Position numbers and translations under genes: made by a program. A stretch of 32,000 bases of DNA from Tannockella kyphosi (GTDB taxonomy: Bacteria; Bacillota_I; Bacilli_A; Erysipelotrichales; Coprobacillaceae). Within the stretch, counting starts at the first letter, position 1. Each line of letters opens with the position of its first letter. Below are positions 1-8,904 of the stretch, in pieces. The notes under the pieces were generated by a model that was not told where the DNA came from, did not search any database, and was given only the letters and a program-made list of their open reading frames with translations. The DNA is taken from positions 1,110,001 to 1,142,000 of the forward strand of contig NZ_CP088239.1 of the NCBI RefSeq assembly GCF_021054785.1, in the 5' to 3' direction.

Positions 1-135
1 TAAATCTTTTGCTTTTTTGTCATTTCGAAGTAACATCCCTTTTATTTCAAAGACTTCATTTAAATGTTCTATAATTTGAACATAATTCATTGTCCGCCAG
101 CCATTACCTATAATACCAATTTTAATTTTTTCCAT
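1..135 (-). CDS. Partial CDS (N-terminal 45 codons; continues beyond the window): Gfo/Idh/MocA-like NAD-binding oxidoreductase
   Basis: The reverse complement reads MEKIKIGIIGNGWRTMNYVQIIEHLNEVFEIKGMLLRNDKKAKDL. This is a Rossmann-type IGIIGxG start typical of the Gfo/Idh/MocA family. A GAGGGTGG Shine-Dalgarno sequence lies at 142-149 on the minus strand. The ORF is not in the supplied track because it is truncated by the window edge. Confidence 0.45.
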   Translation of the reverse strand, partial: MEKIKIGIIGNGWRTMNYVQIIEHLNEVFEIKGMLLRNDKKAKDL

Positions 136-191
136 TTTTATAACCACCCTCTTTGATTTACCTACTACATCATTTCTATCAGTTCATCATC

Positions 192-728
192 TTAATAAAA
201 TTTAACAATATCACTAACTGCTTTTCGATTAGGTTTATCTGGTGTTTCTAATGCATAACCTACTGCAATAACAGAAACTATTAGTTCTTGACTTGGAATA
301 TCTAACAATGATCTAGTTTTTGGTTCATCACGAATACCCATTACTAATGTTGATAACCCTAAATCATGGGCTTTTAGTAATAAGTTTTGATTTTGTAACC
401 CTAAATCATAACATCCCCATCCATTCCCTAATTCATTACTAGGTGTTCCATCACGTTCAAATCCAGCTCTTTTTTCAACAAAAGTAGTAACAATAAGAGC
501 TCCCACTCCTTTAGTATTACCGGCATTGTATTCTCCAAAACAATCATTACGATATTTATCAATCATTTCTTTACTATGAATAATATAATATCTACCAGTT
601 TGGCTATTTTTCCAAGAAGGTGCTAAATTAGCAGCTTCTACTAAAGCTTCTAAATCCTCTTTTAACACTTCTTTTCCACAATACTTACGAACAGTACGTC
701 TTTGAACTATAACATCCTTTAATTCCAT
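192..728 (-). CDS. Nitroreductase family protein
   Basis: 178 aa. The N-terminus (RRTVRKY...LEALVEAANLAPSWKNSQ) and the overall length fit the NAD(P)H-flavin nitroreductase fold. Confidence 0.85.
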   Translation of the reverse strand: MELKDVIVQRRTVRKYCGKEVLKEDLEALVEAANLAPSWKNSQTGRYYIIHSKEMIDKYRNDCFGEYNAGNTKGVGALIVTTFVEKRAGFERDGTPSNELGNGWGCYDLGLQNQNLLLKAHDLGLSTLVMGIRDEPKTRSLLDIPSQELIVSVIAVGYALETPDKPNRKAVSDIVKFY

Positions 729-747
729 TTTTTCTCCCTCATTTCAT

Positions 748-2082
748 TTATTTTTTAATCATATAATAAACACTTGGTATTGCTCCTGAAACACACCCAG
801 CTTGTTGATACTCATACAAAGGTGCTTCTACATCATGTGTCCCGGCAATATCAAAATGCATCCAAGGCACACTACTTGCAAAATGTTCAATAAATAAGCC
901 TGCTGTCACTACTCCACAAGACTTACCTCCTAAATTCTTTAAATCAGCCATCTTACTTTCAATCATTTTATAATGTTCTTTATAATAAGGCATCGAAATA
1001 AACTTCTCTTGTGTAAATTCATAAGCTGATTTCAAATCTTCCCATAAGCAATCATTGTTGGTAAGAATTGGAGTAATAGTATGTCCAAAAGCAGCAACTG
1101 CTGCTCCAGTTAAAGTAGCCATATCAATAACTCCTGCTACTTTTTTATCATTAATTGCATAACTAACAGCATCCGCTAATATCAATCTACCTTCTGCATC
1201 CGTATTTAATACTTCTACTGTAGTACCATCATACATAGAAATAATATCACCAGGTAAAATAGAACTATCAGAAATACGATTCTCACATAAAGGCATTATT
1301 GCTACTAAGTTTCTTTGTACTTTTTGTTCAATAGCTGATTTAATAACAGCTAAAACACTAGCAGCTCCACCCATATCTGATTTCATACCAACCATTGAAG
1401 CACTAGGTTTCAAACTATATCCACCAGTATCAAAAGTAACTCCTTTTCCTACTAAACCAAAAACAGCTTGATTTTCTAATGGCGTATAGTTAATAACTAA
1501 CATACATGGACGATTTGCACTACCTTTACCTACTCCATATAATCCACCCATACCTTTTTGAACAATCTCTTCTTCTAAAATTACATCAATACTCACATTT
1601 GCTTGTCCTTCTAATGCTTTTGTTGCAACATCTACAAATATTTGTGGTGTCATATTACATGCTGGTGCATTTGATAACATTTTTGCAAAATTCATATTAC
1701 TAGCAACAATCAGATATTCTTCAAATGCTTCTTTTTTACTATCTGTTATTAACGTAATCTCTATATTCACTTCATCTTTTTCTTTTAACTTATAACTAGC
1801 CAAAACCAACCCCATTACAATTGCATAATATTGATTAGAACTAAAATTTAGAATATTAATCGAAACAGCATCTAACTTCATTGCTTCTACTGTTTTATAA
1901 ATTCTAGCAAATAATTCCATTAACTCTTCATTATCATAACTTTCTTTTCCTGCAAAAGAAATTGTTTTCGTCTTAGCATCATAAACATGAGACTTAAATC
2001 CTAAATGAAAATCTTTAAAACTACTTGGATCAATGATTTCTACTAAGAAATCTGTATTTTTTTTGTTATTAATTTTTATCAT
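748..2082 (-). CDS. pepA: Leucyl aminopeptidase, peptidase family M17
   Basis: M17 signature NTDAEGRLILADA and the metal/substrate motif VGKGVTFDTGGYSLKP are present. 444 aa. Confidence 0.9.
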   Translation of the reverse strand: MIKINNKKNTDFLVEIIDPSSFKDFHLGFKSHVYDAKTKTISFAGKESYDNEELMELFARIYKTVEAMKLDAVSINILNFSSNQYYAIVMGLVLASYKLKEKDEVNIEITLITDSKKEAFEEYLIVASNMNFAKMLSNAPACNMTPQIFVDVATKALEGQANVSIDVILEEEIVQKGMGGLYGVGKGSANRPCMLVINYTPLENQAVFGLVGKGVTFDTGGYSLKPSASMVGMKSDMGGAASVLAVIKSAIEQKVQRNLVAIMPLCENRISDSSILPGDIISMYDGTTVEVLNTDAEGRLILADAVSYAINDKKVAGVIDMATLTGAAVAAFGHTITPILTNNDCLWEDLKSAYEFTQEKFISMPYYKEHYKMIESKMADLKNLGGKSCGVVTAGLFIEHFASSVPWMHFDIAGTHDVEAPLYEYQQAGCVSGAIPSVYYMIKK

Positions 2083-2130
2083 AATTACCTACTTTCTTTT
2101 TTTATTATACAACAAATATCCTAGAAACAT

Positions 2131-2157
2131 ATAAAAAGTTGTGGAAAACCACAACTA
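2131..2157 (-). terminator. Rho-independent terminator of htpG, overlapping its stop codon
   Basis: Stem AGTTGTGG (2137-2144) / CCACAACT (2149-2156) with an AAAA loop. On the minus strand the stem is followed by a T-run (plus-strand A-run at 2132-2136). Confidence 0.6.
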
Positions 2158-4044
2158 GTTACTTGCATCAATCATTAATTGACAAATTTTATTAGAAAAT
2201 TCAACTGGATTTTCTACAGAGAATCCTTCTATTAATAATGCTTGATCATATAATAACGATGAATAATCATTTATTTTCTCTTGATTCATTTCAAATACTT
2301 TTTGCATTGCTTCAAAGATAGGATGTGTTGGATTAATTTCTAAAATACGTCCAGCCTTTACATCATTACCATCAGGCATAGCACTTAATACTTTTTCCAT
2401 CTCAAATGAAACACCTTCACTACTTACTAAACAAACAGGATGTGTTTTTAGACGTGTTGATATTTTTACATCTACTACCTTATCTTGTAATGATTCTTTA
2501 ATAAGTTCTAATAAACCTTTATTTTCTTCTACTTGTTTTTCAATCTCTTCTTTTTGTTCATCTGATTGTAAATCTAAATCACCTTGAGCTACATTTTTAA
2601 ATGCTTTTTCTTTATAATCTCTCATCATTTGGAAACAGAATTCATCAACATTATCAATTAAATATAAAATATCAAATCCTTTATCTTTAATAGCTTCAAT
2701 TTGAGGTAAAGCATTAATTTTATCATAGCTTTCTCCTGAAGCAAAATATATTTCAGTTTGATTTTCTGGCATAGCATCTACATATTCTTGTAATGTAAGC
2801 ATTTTTTCTTGATTACTAGAATAATATAATAATAAATCTTGTAATTTATCTTTTAACATACCATAACTATGATAAATACCAAATTTTAATTGTAAACCAA
2901 AGCTTTCAAAGAATTTTTCATATTCTTCTCTTTGATTTTTTAATAATTTTTCTAATTCAGACTGAATTTTCTTTTCAATCTTATCTGCTATAAATTTTAA
3001 TTGATGATCTTGTTGTAATAGTTCTCTAGAAATATTTAAAGATAAATCTTGAGAATCTACTAATCCTTTTACAAAACGGAAATGTTCTGGCAATAAATCA
3101 GTTGCTTTATCCATAATAAAGACACCTCTAGAATATAATTGTAACCCTTTTTCATAATCATTTGAATAATAATCCATTGGTGGTTTAGAAGGAATAAACA
3201 ATAATGAATCATAAGATACTGTTCCTTCTACACTTGTATGAATTGTATGAATTGGATCATTAAAATCATTAAATTTATCTTTATAAAATTCAGTATAATC
3301 TTCTTTTGAAATATCTCTTTTATTTCTTTTCCATAATGGAACCATTGAATTCAAAGTCTTATTTTCTATTACTTCTTGTGTTTCTTCACTACCTTCAATT
3401 GGTTGATATGTCGTCATATTCATTTTAATAGGATAATGTACATAATCACTATATTTTTTAATTAATGATTGAATCGCATATTCACCTAAATACTCATCAT
3501 AATTATCATCATCTGTATTATCTTTTAAATATAAACGGATCACAGTCCCATTATTATCTACATCACATGGTGATATTTCATAACCATCAATTGCTTCTGA
3601 CACCCATATATGTCCTGATTCTTCTCCAAATTTACGTGTTACTACTTCTACTTTCTTAGCTACCATAAATGAAGAATAGAACCCTACTCCAAATTGACCA
3701 ATAATATCAATATCATCATGTTCATTTTCTGTTTTAAAAGCACTTGAACCACTATTCGCAATAGTTCCTAAATGTAATTCTAATTCTTCTTTTGTCATTC
3801 CAATACCATGATCTCGAATAGATAAAACACGGTGTTCTTTATCAATCATTAAATCAATAGATAAATCTTCTCTAGCGATTGATGAAATATTTTCTGTTAA
3901 AGCTTTATAATATAATTTATCTGTTGCATCACTCGCATTCGAGACTAACTCTCGAATAAAGATTTCCTTATGCGTATAAATAGAATGAATCATTAAATCC
4001 AATAGTTTTTGTGATTCTGCTTGAAATTGTTTTTTCTCTGCCAT
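2155..4044 (-). CDS. htpG: Molecular chaperone HtpG (Hsp90 family)
   Basis: Hsp90 N-terminal ATPase motifs EIFIRELVSNASDA and GQFGVGFYS are present. The track ORF begins at GTG 4068, but a GGAGGA SD at 4051-4056 precedes the ATG-ATG pair (ending at 4047 and 4044). MAEKKQFQAES... matches the usual HtpG N-terminus, so the start is placed at 4044 (4047 is also possible). Confidence 0.95.
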   Translation of the reverse strand: MAEKKQFQAESQKLLDLMIHSIYTHKEIFIRELVSNASDATDKLYYKALTENISSIAREDLSIDLMIDKEHRVLSIRDHGIGMTKEELELHLGTIANSGSSAFKTENEHDDIDIIGQFGVGFYSSFMVAKKVEVVTRKFGEESGHIWVSEAIDGYEISPCDVDNNGTVIRLYLKDNTDDDNYDEYLGEYAIQSLIKKYSDYVHYPIKMNMTTYQPIEGSEETQEVIENKTLNSMVPLWKRNKRDISKEDYTEFYKDKFNDFNDPIHTIHTSVEGTVSYDSLLFIPSKPPMDYYSNDYEKGLQLYSRGVFIMDKATDLLPEHFRFVKGLVDSQDLSLNISRELLQQDHQLKFIADKIEKKIQSELEKLLKNQREEYEKFFESFGLQLKFGIYHSYGMLKDKLQDLLLYYSSNQEKMLTLQEYVDAMPENQTEIYFASGESYDKINALPQIEAIKDKGFDILYLIDNVDEFCFQMMRDYKEKAFKNVAQGDLDLQSDEQKEEIEKQVEENKGLLELIKESLQDKVVDVKISTRLKTHPVCLVSSEGVSFEMEKVLSAMPDGNDVKAGRILEINPTHPIFEAMQKVFEMNQEKINDYSSLLYDQALLIEGFSVENPVEFSNKICQLMIDASN

Positions 4045-4061
4045 CATATGTCCTCCATCTT

Positions 4062-4088
4062 TTAGCACTCTTTTGTCCTATGTGCTAA
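4062..4088. promoter_or_regulatory. CIRCE-like inverted repeat (putative HrcA operator), proximal copy
   Basis: TTAGCACTC-N9-ATGTGCTAA compared with consensus TTAGCACTC-N9-GAGTGCTAA (9/9 and 7/9). It lies between the predicted -10 box and the SD of htpG. Confidence 0.55.
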
Positions 4089-4093
4089 CTATC

Positions 4094-4121
4094 ATTATAC
4101 TCTTACTTTTAGCACTGTCAA
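4094..4121 (-). promoter_or_regulatory. Sigma-A type promoter of htpG
   Basis: On the minus strand, TTGACA (4116-4121) and TATAAT (4094-4099) are both perfect hexamers separated by a 16-nt spacer. The promoter lies about 40 nt upstream of the SD. Confidence 0.6.
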
Positions 4122-4135
4122 CACTTTAGTGCTAA
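4109..4135. promoter_or_regulatory. CIRCE-like inverted repeat (putative HrcA operator), distal copy overlapping the -35 box
   Basis: TTAGCACTG-N9-TAGTGCTAA, matching the CIRCE consensus at 8/9 and 8/9 positions. Confidence 0.7.
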
Positions 4136-4176
4136 AAAAGTGAATCACTTTTTTTTACAAAATAAAGGTTTATTAG

Positions 4177-4205
4177 TTGACAATTATTTTATCATGAGCT
4201 ATTAT
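4177..4205 (+). promoter_or_regulatory. Sigma-A type promoter of the metNIQ leader
   Basis: TTGACA (4177-4182), a 17-nt spacer, and TATTAT (4200-4205). Confidence 0.6.
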
Positions 4206-4211
4206 GATTGC

Positions 4212-4457
4212 AACAACAGTGAAAAGAAGAGTAACTTATAGGTAGTTGATAGAGAGAACTTGGTTGGTGGAAAAGTTTAGCGAAGGATGAGTGAAGATGG
4301 TCTTGGAGTTTTGAAGGTGATAAGTAATCTTCAACGGGTGCACCCGTTATTGTGCTAGAGTATGGTTGTACTCAATGAGATTGTTATCGTGAGGTAACAA
4401 TGAATTTAGGTGGTAACACGAGATAATCTCGTCCTATTATATAGGATGAGTTTTTTT
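4212..4457 (+). promoter_or_regulatory. T-box riboswitch leader (transcription attenuation) upstream of metNIQ
   Basis: Stem I elements: AGTA S-turn half (4230-4233), AGAGAG bulge (4251-4256), distal hairpin AACTT-GGTTGGTGGAA-AAGTT (4257-4277), and specifier-loop 3' strand GAAGATGG (4293-4300). The T-box sequence AATTTAGGTGGTAACACGAG lies at 4403-4422. The terminator stem CTCGTCCTAT (4428-4437) / ATAGGATGAG (4441-4450) is followed by T7 (4451-4457). Confidence 0.85.
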
Positions 4458-4479
4458 ATATTCTGGAGGGGGTAAATTT

Positions 4480-5499
4480 ATGATAACTTTTAAAAATGTA
4501 TCGAAAACATTTTATGTTGGAGAGAAAGAAGTAAAAGCAGTAGATGATGTATCTTTAACAATTGATCAAGGAGAAATCTTTGGGATTATTGGTTATAGTG
4601 GTGCTGGTAAGTCTACTTTGATTCGTATTGCGAATCAATTAGAACAACAAGATAGTGGTTCTGTATTTATTGGTGACGTTGAAATTAATAAATTAAGTAA
4701 AAAAGAGTTATTAGTTCAAAGAAGTCATATTGGTATGATTTTCCAACATTTTAACTTATTATGGTCACGTACTGTCCGTGATAATATTGCATTGCCTTTA
4801 GAATTTGCTGGGGTAAATGCAACAGATATTGCTTCAAGAGTAGAAGAACTCATTGAATTAGTTGGACTTACTGGAAAAGAAGCAGACTACCCTAGTACCT
4901 TATCTGGTGGACAAAAACAAAGAGTAGCAATAGCTAGAGCATTAGCAAATAATCCTAAAATATTACTTTGTGATGAAGCTACATCAGCATTAGATCCTCA
5001 AACTACCGAATCTATTTTAGATTTATTAAAAGAAATTAATCAAAAACTTAATTTAACTATTATGTTAATAACACATCAAATGGAAGTAGTTGAAAAATTA
5101 TGTCATCGAATGGCTATTATGGTAGATGGAAAAATAGTCGAAGTTGGAGATACTACGACTTTATTTGAACATCCTAGTCATGAAACAACGAAACGTTTTG
5201 TACAAACAAGAAATCAATCATTTGATGAAGATACACTTCATCAAACATTAAAAAAAGTATATAACAATGGTTCTATCTTACGATTAACTTTTAAAGAAAG
5301 TATTGCTAAAAAGCCAATTTTATCTACTATTATAAAAGATAATGATGTTCCTATTAGTATTGTTCATGCTAATCTTACCAATACACTAACTTCTTCTTTT
5401 GGAGTAATGTATGTTTATATTGAACAATGTGATTGTAATGATTATCAAAAAGTAGTTCAACAATTAATGGAACAAGAAGTTACTGTGGAGGTGATATAA
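4480..5499 (+). CDS. metN: Methionine ABC transporter ATP-binding protein (MetN type with a C-terminal NIL domain)
   Basis: Walker A GYSGAGKST, signature LSGGQKQR and Walker B ILLCDEATSALD are present. A ~100-aa C-terminal extension is typical of MetN. A GGAGGGGG SD lies upstream. Confidence 0.9.
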   Translation: MITFKNVSKTFYVGEKEVKAVDDVSLTIDQGEIFGIIGYSGAGKSTLIRIANQLEQQDSGSVFIGDVEINKLSKKELLVQRSHIGMIFQHFNLLWSRTVRDNIALPLEFAGVNATDIASRVEELIELVGLTGKEADYPSTLSGGQKQRVAIARALANNPKILLCDEATSALDPQTTESILDLLKEINQKLNLTIMLITHQMEVVEKLCHRMAIMVDGKIVEVGDTTTLFEHPSHETTKRFVQTRNQSFDEDTLHQTLKKVYNNGSILRLTFKESIAKKPILSTIIKDNDVPISIVHANLTNTLTSSFGVMYVYIEQCDCNDYQKVVQQLMEQEVTVEVI

Positions 5500-6176
5500 T
5501 GAGTGAGTTTTTAGATAATTTATTAAATGGAATTAATTATAAAAGTTTATATGAAGCATCTATTGATACTCTTTACATGACATTAGCATCTTTGGTTGTT
5601 GCTGTAATCCTAGGTTTTATGCTTGGCATTATTGTTTATACGACTCAAAAAGATGGGTTATATGAAAATGAAAAGGTATCGAAAGCAATGGATTTTTTAA
5701 TTAATATCTTACGTTCAATACCATATATTATCTTATTATTTATTCTTATGCCTTTTGCTAAAGCACTTATTGGTACTTCACTAGGTGCTACAGCTGCCCT
5801 ACCTTCGTTAATTATATCAAGTGCTCCATTCTACGCTAGAATGTGTGTTATTGCACTAAATGAAATTGATAAAGGTGTTATTGAAGCATCCAAAGCAATG
5901 GGTGCAACAAATCGTCAAATTATATTAAAAGTATTAATACCAGAATCGAAACCTGCATTAGTATCAAGTATTACCGTAATGGGTGTATCTTTAATTGGAT
6001 ATACTGCAATGGCAGGTGCCATTGGTGCTGGTGGTTTAGGTTATTTTGCATATTTATATGGAGCAGCTAGACAAAATACAGTTGCAACTTATGTATCTAC
6101 ATTTATTATTTTAATTTTTGTCTTTATAATCCAAGGAATTGGTGACCATATTGTAAAGAAAATAGACAAGAGATAG
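5499..6176 (+). CDS. metI: Methionine ABC transporter permease
   Basis: 225-aa polytopic permease with an EAS-loop-like motif (IEASKAMGATNRQI). Its start overlaps the metN stop (TAATG). Confidence 0.9.
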   Translation: MSEFLDNLLNGINYKSLYEASIDTLYMTLASLVVAVILGFMLGIIVYTTQKDGLYENEKVSKAMDFLINILRSIPYIILLFILMPFAKALIGTSLGATAALPSLIISSAPFYARMCVIALNEIDKGVIEASKAMGATNRQIILKVLIPESKPALVSSITVMGVSLIGYTAMAGAIGAGGLGYFAYLYGAARQNTVATYVSTFIILIFVFIIQGIGDHIVKKIDKR

Positions 6177-6182
6177 GGGGAA

Positions 6183-7019
6183 ATGAAAATGAAATGTCTA
6201 AGAAAAGGTTTATTAGTATTAGGAAGTGCCGTATTACTTACTGGTTGTGGGAGTTCTAGCAGTGATGAAAATACGTTAGTAGTATCTGCTACATTGGATC
6301 CACATTCAGTGATTTTAGAAGAAGCAGCAGTGATTTTAGAAGAAGATTATGGAATTACTTTAGAGATTGAAATTTTAGATGATTATTATGTATTTAATAA
6401 AGCGTTAGATGATGGGGATGTAGATGCAAACTATTTCCAACATTTACCTTTCTTTGAATCAGAAGTAGAAACAAATGGATATGATATTGTCAATGTTGGT
6501 GGTATTCATATTGAACCATTTGGTATTTATTCTTCTGTATATGATGATGTTAGTGAAGTAGAAGATGGAGCTCAAATTATTATTTCTAATTCAATTAGTG
6601 ATAATGGTCGTATTTTATCTATCTTAGCAGATGCTGGTTTAATTGTTTTACCAGATGATATTGATGTTTTAGATTTAACAATCGCAGATATTGATAATGA
6701 TACAAACAATCCTAATGGATATGAATTCCTTGAAATTGATCCAGAATTATTAGTTTATACTTTTGATTTAGGTGAAGGTGATTTAGTAGCTATTAATGGG
6801 AACTATGCTATTCAAGGTGGTTTAAACCCTACTACTGATTCATTAATCTTAGAAGAAGCCGATCAAGATAATCCTTATGTAAATATCGTTGCTACAAGAA
6901 GTGAATTAGCAGATGATGAAAGAATCTTAGCATTAGTAGAAGTATTACAATCAGAAGAAATCCAAAACTTTATTTTAGAAACATATAGTGATGGTTCAGT
7001 AATACCTGCATCAAATTAA
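6183..7019 (+). CDS. metQ: MetQ/NlpA family lipoprotein (methionine-binding protein)
   Basis: Signal peptide with lipobox LLTGC. NlpA-family core motifs (NYFQH, NGNYA). It is the third gene of the metNIQ arrangement. Confidence 0.9.
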   Translation: MKMKCLRKGLLVLGSAVLLTGCGSSSSDENTLVVSATLDPHSVILEEAAVILEEDYGITLEIEILDDYYVFNKALDDGDVDANYFQHLPFFESEVETNGYDIVNVGGIHIEPFGIYSSVYDDVSEVEDGAQIIISNSISDNGRILSILADAGLIVLPDDIDVLDLTIADIDNDTNNPNGYEFLEIDPELLVYTFDLGEGDLVAINGNYAIQGGLNPTTDSLILEEADQDNPYVNIVATRSELADDERILALVEVLQSEEIQNFILETYSDGSVIPASN

Positions 7020-7025
7020 AAAAGT

Positions 7026-7055
7026 TTGAATTCCTTAGGAATTCAAGTTTTTTTT
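7026..7055. terminator. Hairpin terminator after metQ, with flanking A- and T-runs
   Basis: A 9-bp stem TTGAATTCC (7026-7034) / GGAATTCAA (7038-7046) with a 3-nt loop. A T8 run lies at 7048-7055 and an A-run lies upstream. Confidence 0.7.
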
Positions 7056-7437
7056 ATTCTAAAATTTCTCCATTTGATTCAAATGCTTTCTTTATCCAAG
7101 CATATGATTTTTTAGGAACTCTTTTCATATCTCTTAAATCTTTATTTGTTCTATTTACAAAAACAAAGCCATAACGTTTTGACATATCACAATAACCTAG
7201 CAGGAAGCCCACTCCTTTAGGGGTGGGAGTTTCAGTATGGAATCCATTCATATAATGACGGGCCATTTGAGCAAATAATAAATTGTCAGGATCAGATGTT
7301 TCAGGATATACTGGTGCAATTGCATTCATACCACACATTTTAGCATCTGGAACTAATTCCCTAAGTGCTTTTGTTGCTTTGCAATGTGCAATAAAGACAT
7401 TGTGATTGGCTTGGAATAAATGTTTTCCATGTTTCAT
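7054..7437 (-). pseudogene. Remnant of a BglA-type GH1 6-phospho-beta-glucosidase (N-terminus missing, internal deletion)
   Basis: The 127-aa ORF joins a mid-protein GH1 segment (NHNVFIAHCKATKALRE...APVYPETSDPDNLLFAQ) directly to a GH1 C-terminus (MSKRYGFVFVN...PKKSYAWIKKAFESNG). Both catalytic motifs (NEP and ENG) are absent. Only 66 nt separate it from the next gene. Confidence 0.65.
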
Positions 7438-7503
7438 TATTCATTCTATAACTTCCTATCTAATGAAATATAATTTCATAAATAAAAAAGGCTTTCGCCT
7501 CTT

Positions 7504-8904
7504 TTATTCAAAACTATTTGTTTTTGCTACTTCACGAATCCATGAAGCAGATTTCTTTTCTTTACGATCATAATTTTTATCTAAACAAACACGAATAAAT
7601 CCATATCTATTTTTAAAAGCATTCGCCCATGACCAGTTATCAATAGCACCCCAATAATGATATCCTAAACAATTAGCACCATCATCAATAGATTTAGCAA
7701 TCCATTCTAAATGATCACGTACAAATTCAATACGATAATCATCTTGAATTGTACCATTTTCATCCATATAACCTTCTTCTCCTTCTACTCCCATACCATT
7801 TTCAGAAATAAAGAAAGGTAAATCTGGACATTCTTCTTTAATTTTCATACCAAAATCATAAATTCCTTTTGGATAAATTTCCCAACCACGATAAACATTC
7901 ATTTTTCTATCAGGCCAAATATATGGTTTTGCAATACAAGGCATTCCATTTTCATCAAATTCACTATCTGGAGCTTGTACTCGAGTTGGTTGATAATAAT
8001 TATATCCTAACCAATCTACTTTACCAGCAGCAATAATTGCTTGGTCTCCTGGTTGCATAACAATTTCAATATTCCAATCATTCTGTACTTTATCTAATAC
8101 ATCTTGTGGTAACCTACCATGTGCTACTACTTCTAACCACCAACGATTGTGTAAACCGTCTGTCATTTTAACTGCTTCTAAATCTGCAGATGATGGATTT
8201 TCTTTTGTATATGGTGGAGAGAAACAATTAATCATCCCTATTTTAGCACCTTTACATAATTTTCCTGCTTTTTCTAATTTACGGAAATTATTAACTGCTA
8301 AACAATGAGCTATTGTAATATGATATTGAACATTAATTGATTTTTTAAAATTCTTTTCATATGGATACCATACACCATGTAAATATTGTTGTTCAGGTTC
8401 TACAATCGGTTCATTAAAAGTAAACCAATACTTTACTTTTTGACCAAATTCTTCCATTGCAATACGCACAAAATTAGCGTATGCATCAACTACTTCCCTA
8501 TTTTCCCAACCACCACGTTCATATAAGTATTCTGGCATATCAAAATGATACATGTTCATATAAATATCAATCCCATTTTCATTTGCACAATCAATTAATT
8601 TATGATACCAAGCAGCACCTTCTTGATTTAGTTTTCCATTCTTATCTAGTAAACGAGTCCATTGCATTGAAGTTCTAAAAGATTTAAAATTCATACTCTT
8701 TAATAATTTAATATCTTCTTCATAATGATGGTACATGTCGTTACCAACATAAGATCCTACTCGATTATGAAATGCACTTATTTCTTTATCAGACCACATA
8801 TCCCAATAAGAACGTAATCTTCCTCCAACATTATAAGATCCTTCTGTTTGTGGGCCAGACATGGCAGCTCCAAAGAAGAAATCTTCTGGTAATTTAATTG
8901 TCAT
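7504..8904 (-). CDS. Glycoside hydrolase family 1, (6-phospho-)beta-glucosidase/galactosidase
   Basis: 466 aa. Acid/base motif FTFNEP and nucleophile motif ISENGMG are present. The C-terminal WSWANAFKNRYGF resembles the phospho-sugar binding region. Confidence 0.9.
   Translation of the reverse strand: MTIKLPEDFFFGAAMSGPQTEGSYNVGGRLRSYWDMWSDKEISAFHNRVGSYVGNDMYHHYEEDIKLLKSMNFKSFRTSMQWTRLLDKNGKLNQEGAAWYHKLIDCANENGIDIYMNMYHFDMPEYLYERGGWENREVVDAYANFVRIAMEEFGQKVKYWFTFNEPIVEPEQQYLHGVWYPYEKNFKKSINVQYHITIAHCLAVNNFRKLEKAGKLCKGAKIGMINCFSPPYTKENPSSADLEAVKMTDGLHNRWWLEVVAHGRLPQDVLDKVQNDWNIEIVMQPGDQAIIAAGKVDWLGYNYYQPTRVQAPDSEFDENGMPCIAKPYIWPDRKMNVYRGWEIYPKGIYDFGMKIKEECPDLPFFISENGMGVEGEEGYMDENGTIQDDYRIEFVRDHLEWIAKSIDDGANCLGYHYWGAIDNWSWANAFKNRYGFIRVCLDKNYDRKEKKSASWIREVAKTNSFE

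Noticed and set aside
6307-6348. A perfect 18-nt direct repeat, CAGTGATTTTAGAAGAAG, at 6307-6324 and 6328-6345 (period 21 nt) in metQ, encoding SVILEEA/AVILEED.
   Set aside because: It looks like an in-frame tandem duplication. However, the resulting helix is about the same length as in other MetQ/NlpA proteins I recall, so it is not an obvious insertion. It has no evident regulatory role, though it may be a slippage-prone site.
7205-7232. A GC-rich patch with CCCAC...GTGGG inside the GH1 remnant, considered as a REP/BOX-like repeat or small mobile element.
   Set aside because: The stem is only 5 bp, it occurs as a single copy in the window, and there are no flanking direct repeats. It is more simply the junction of the internal deletion.
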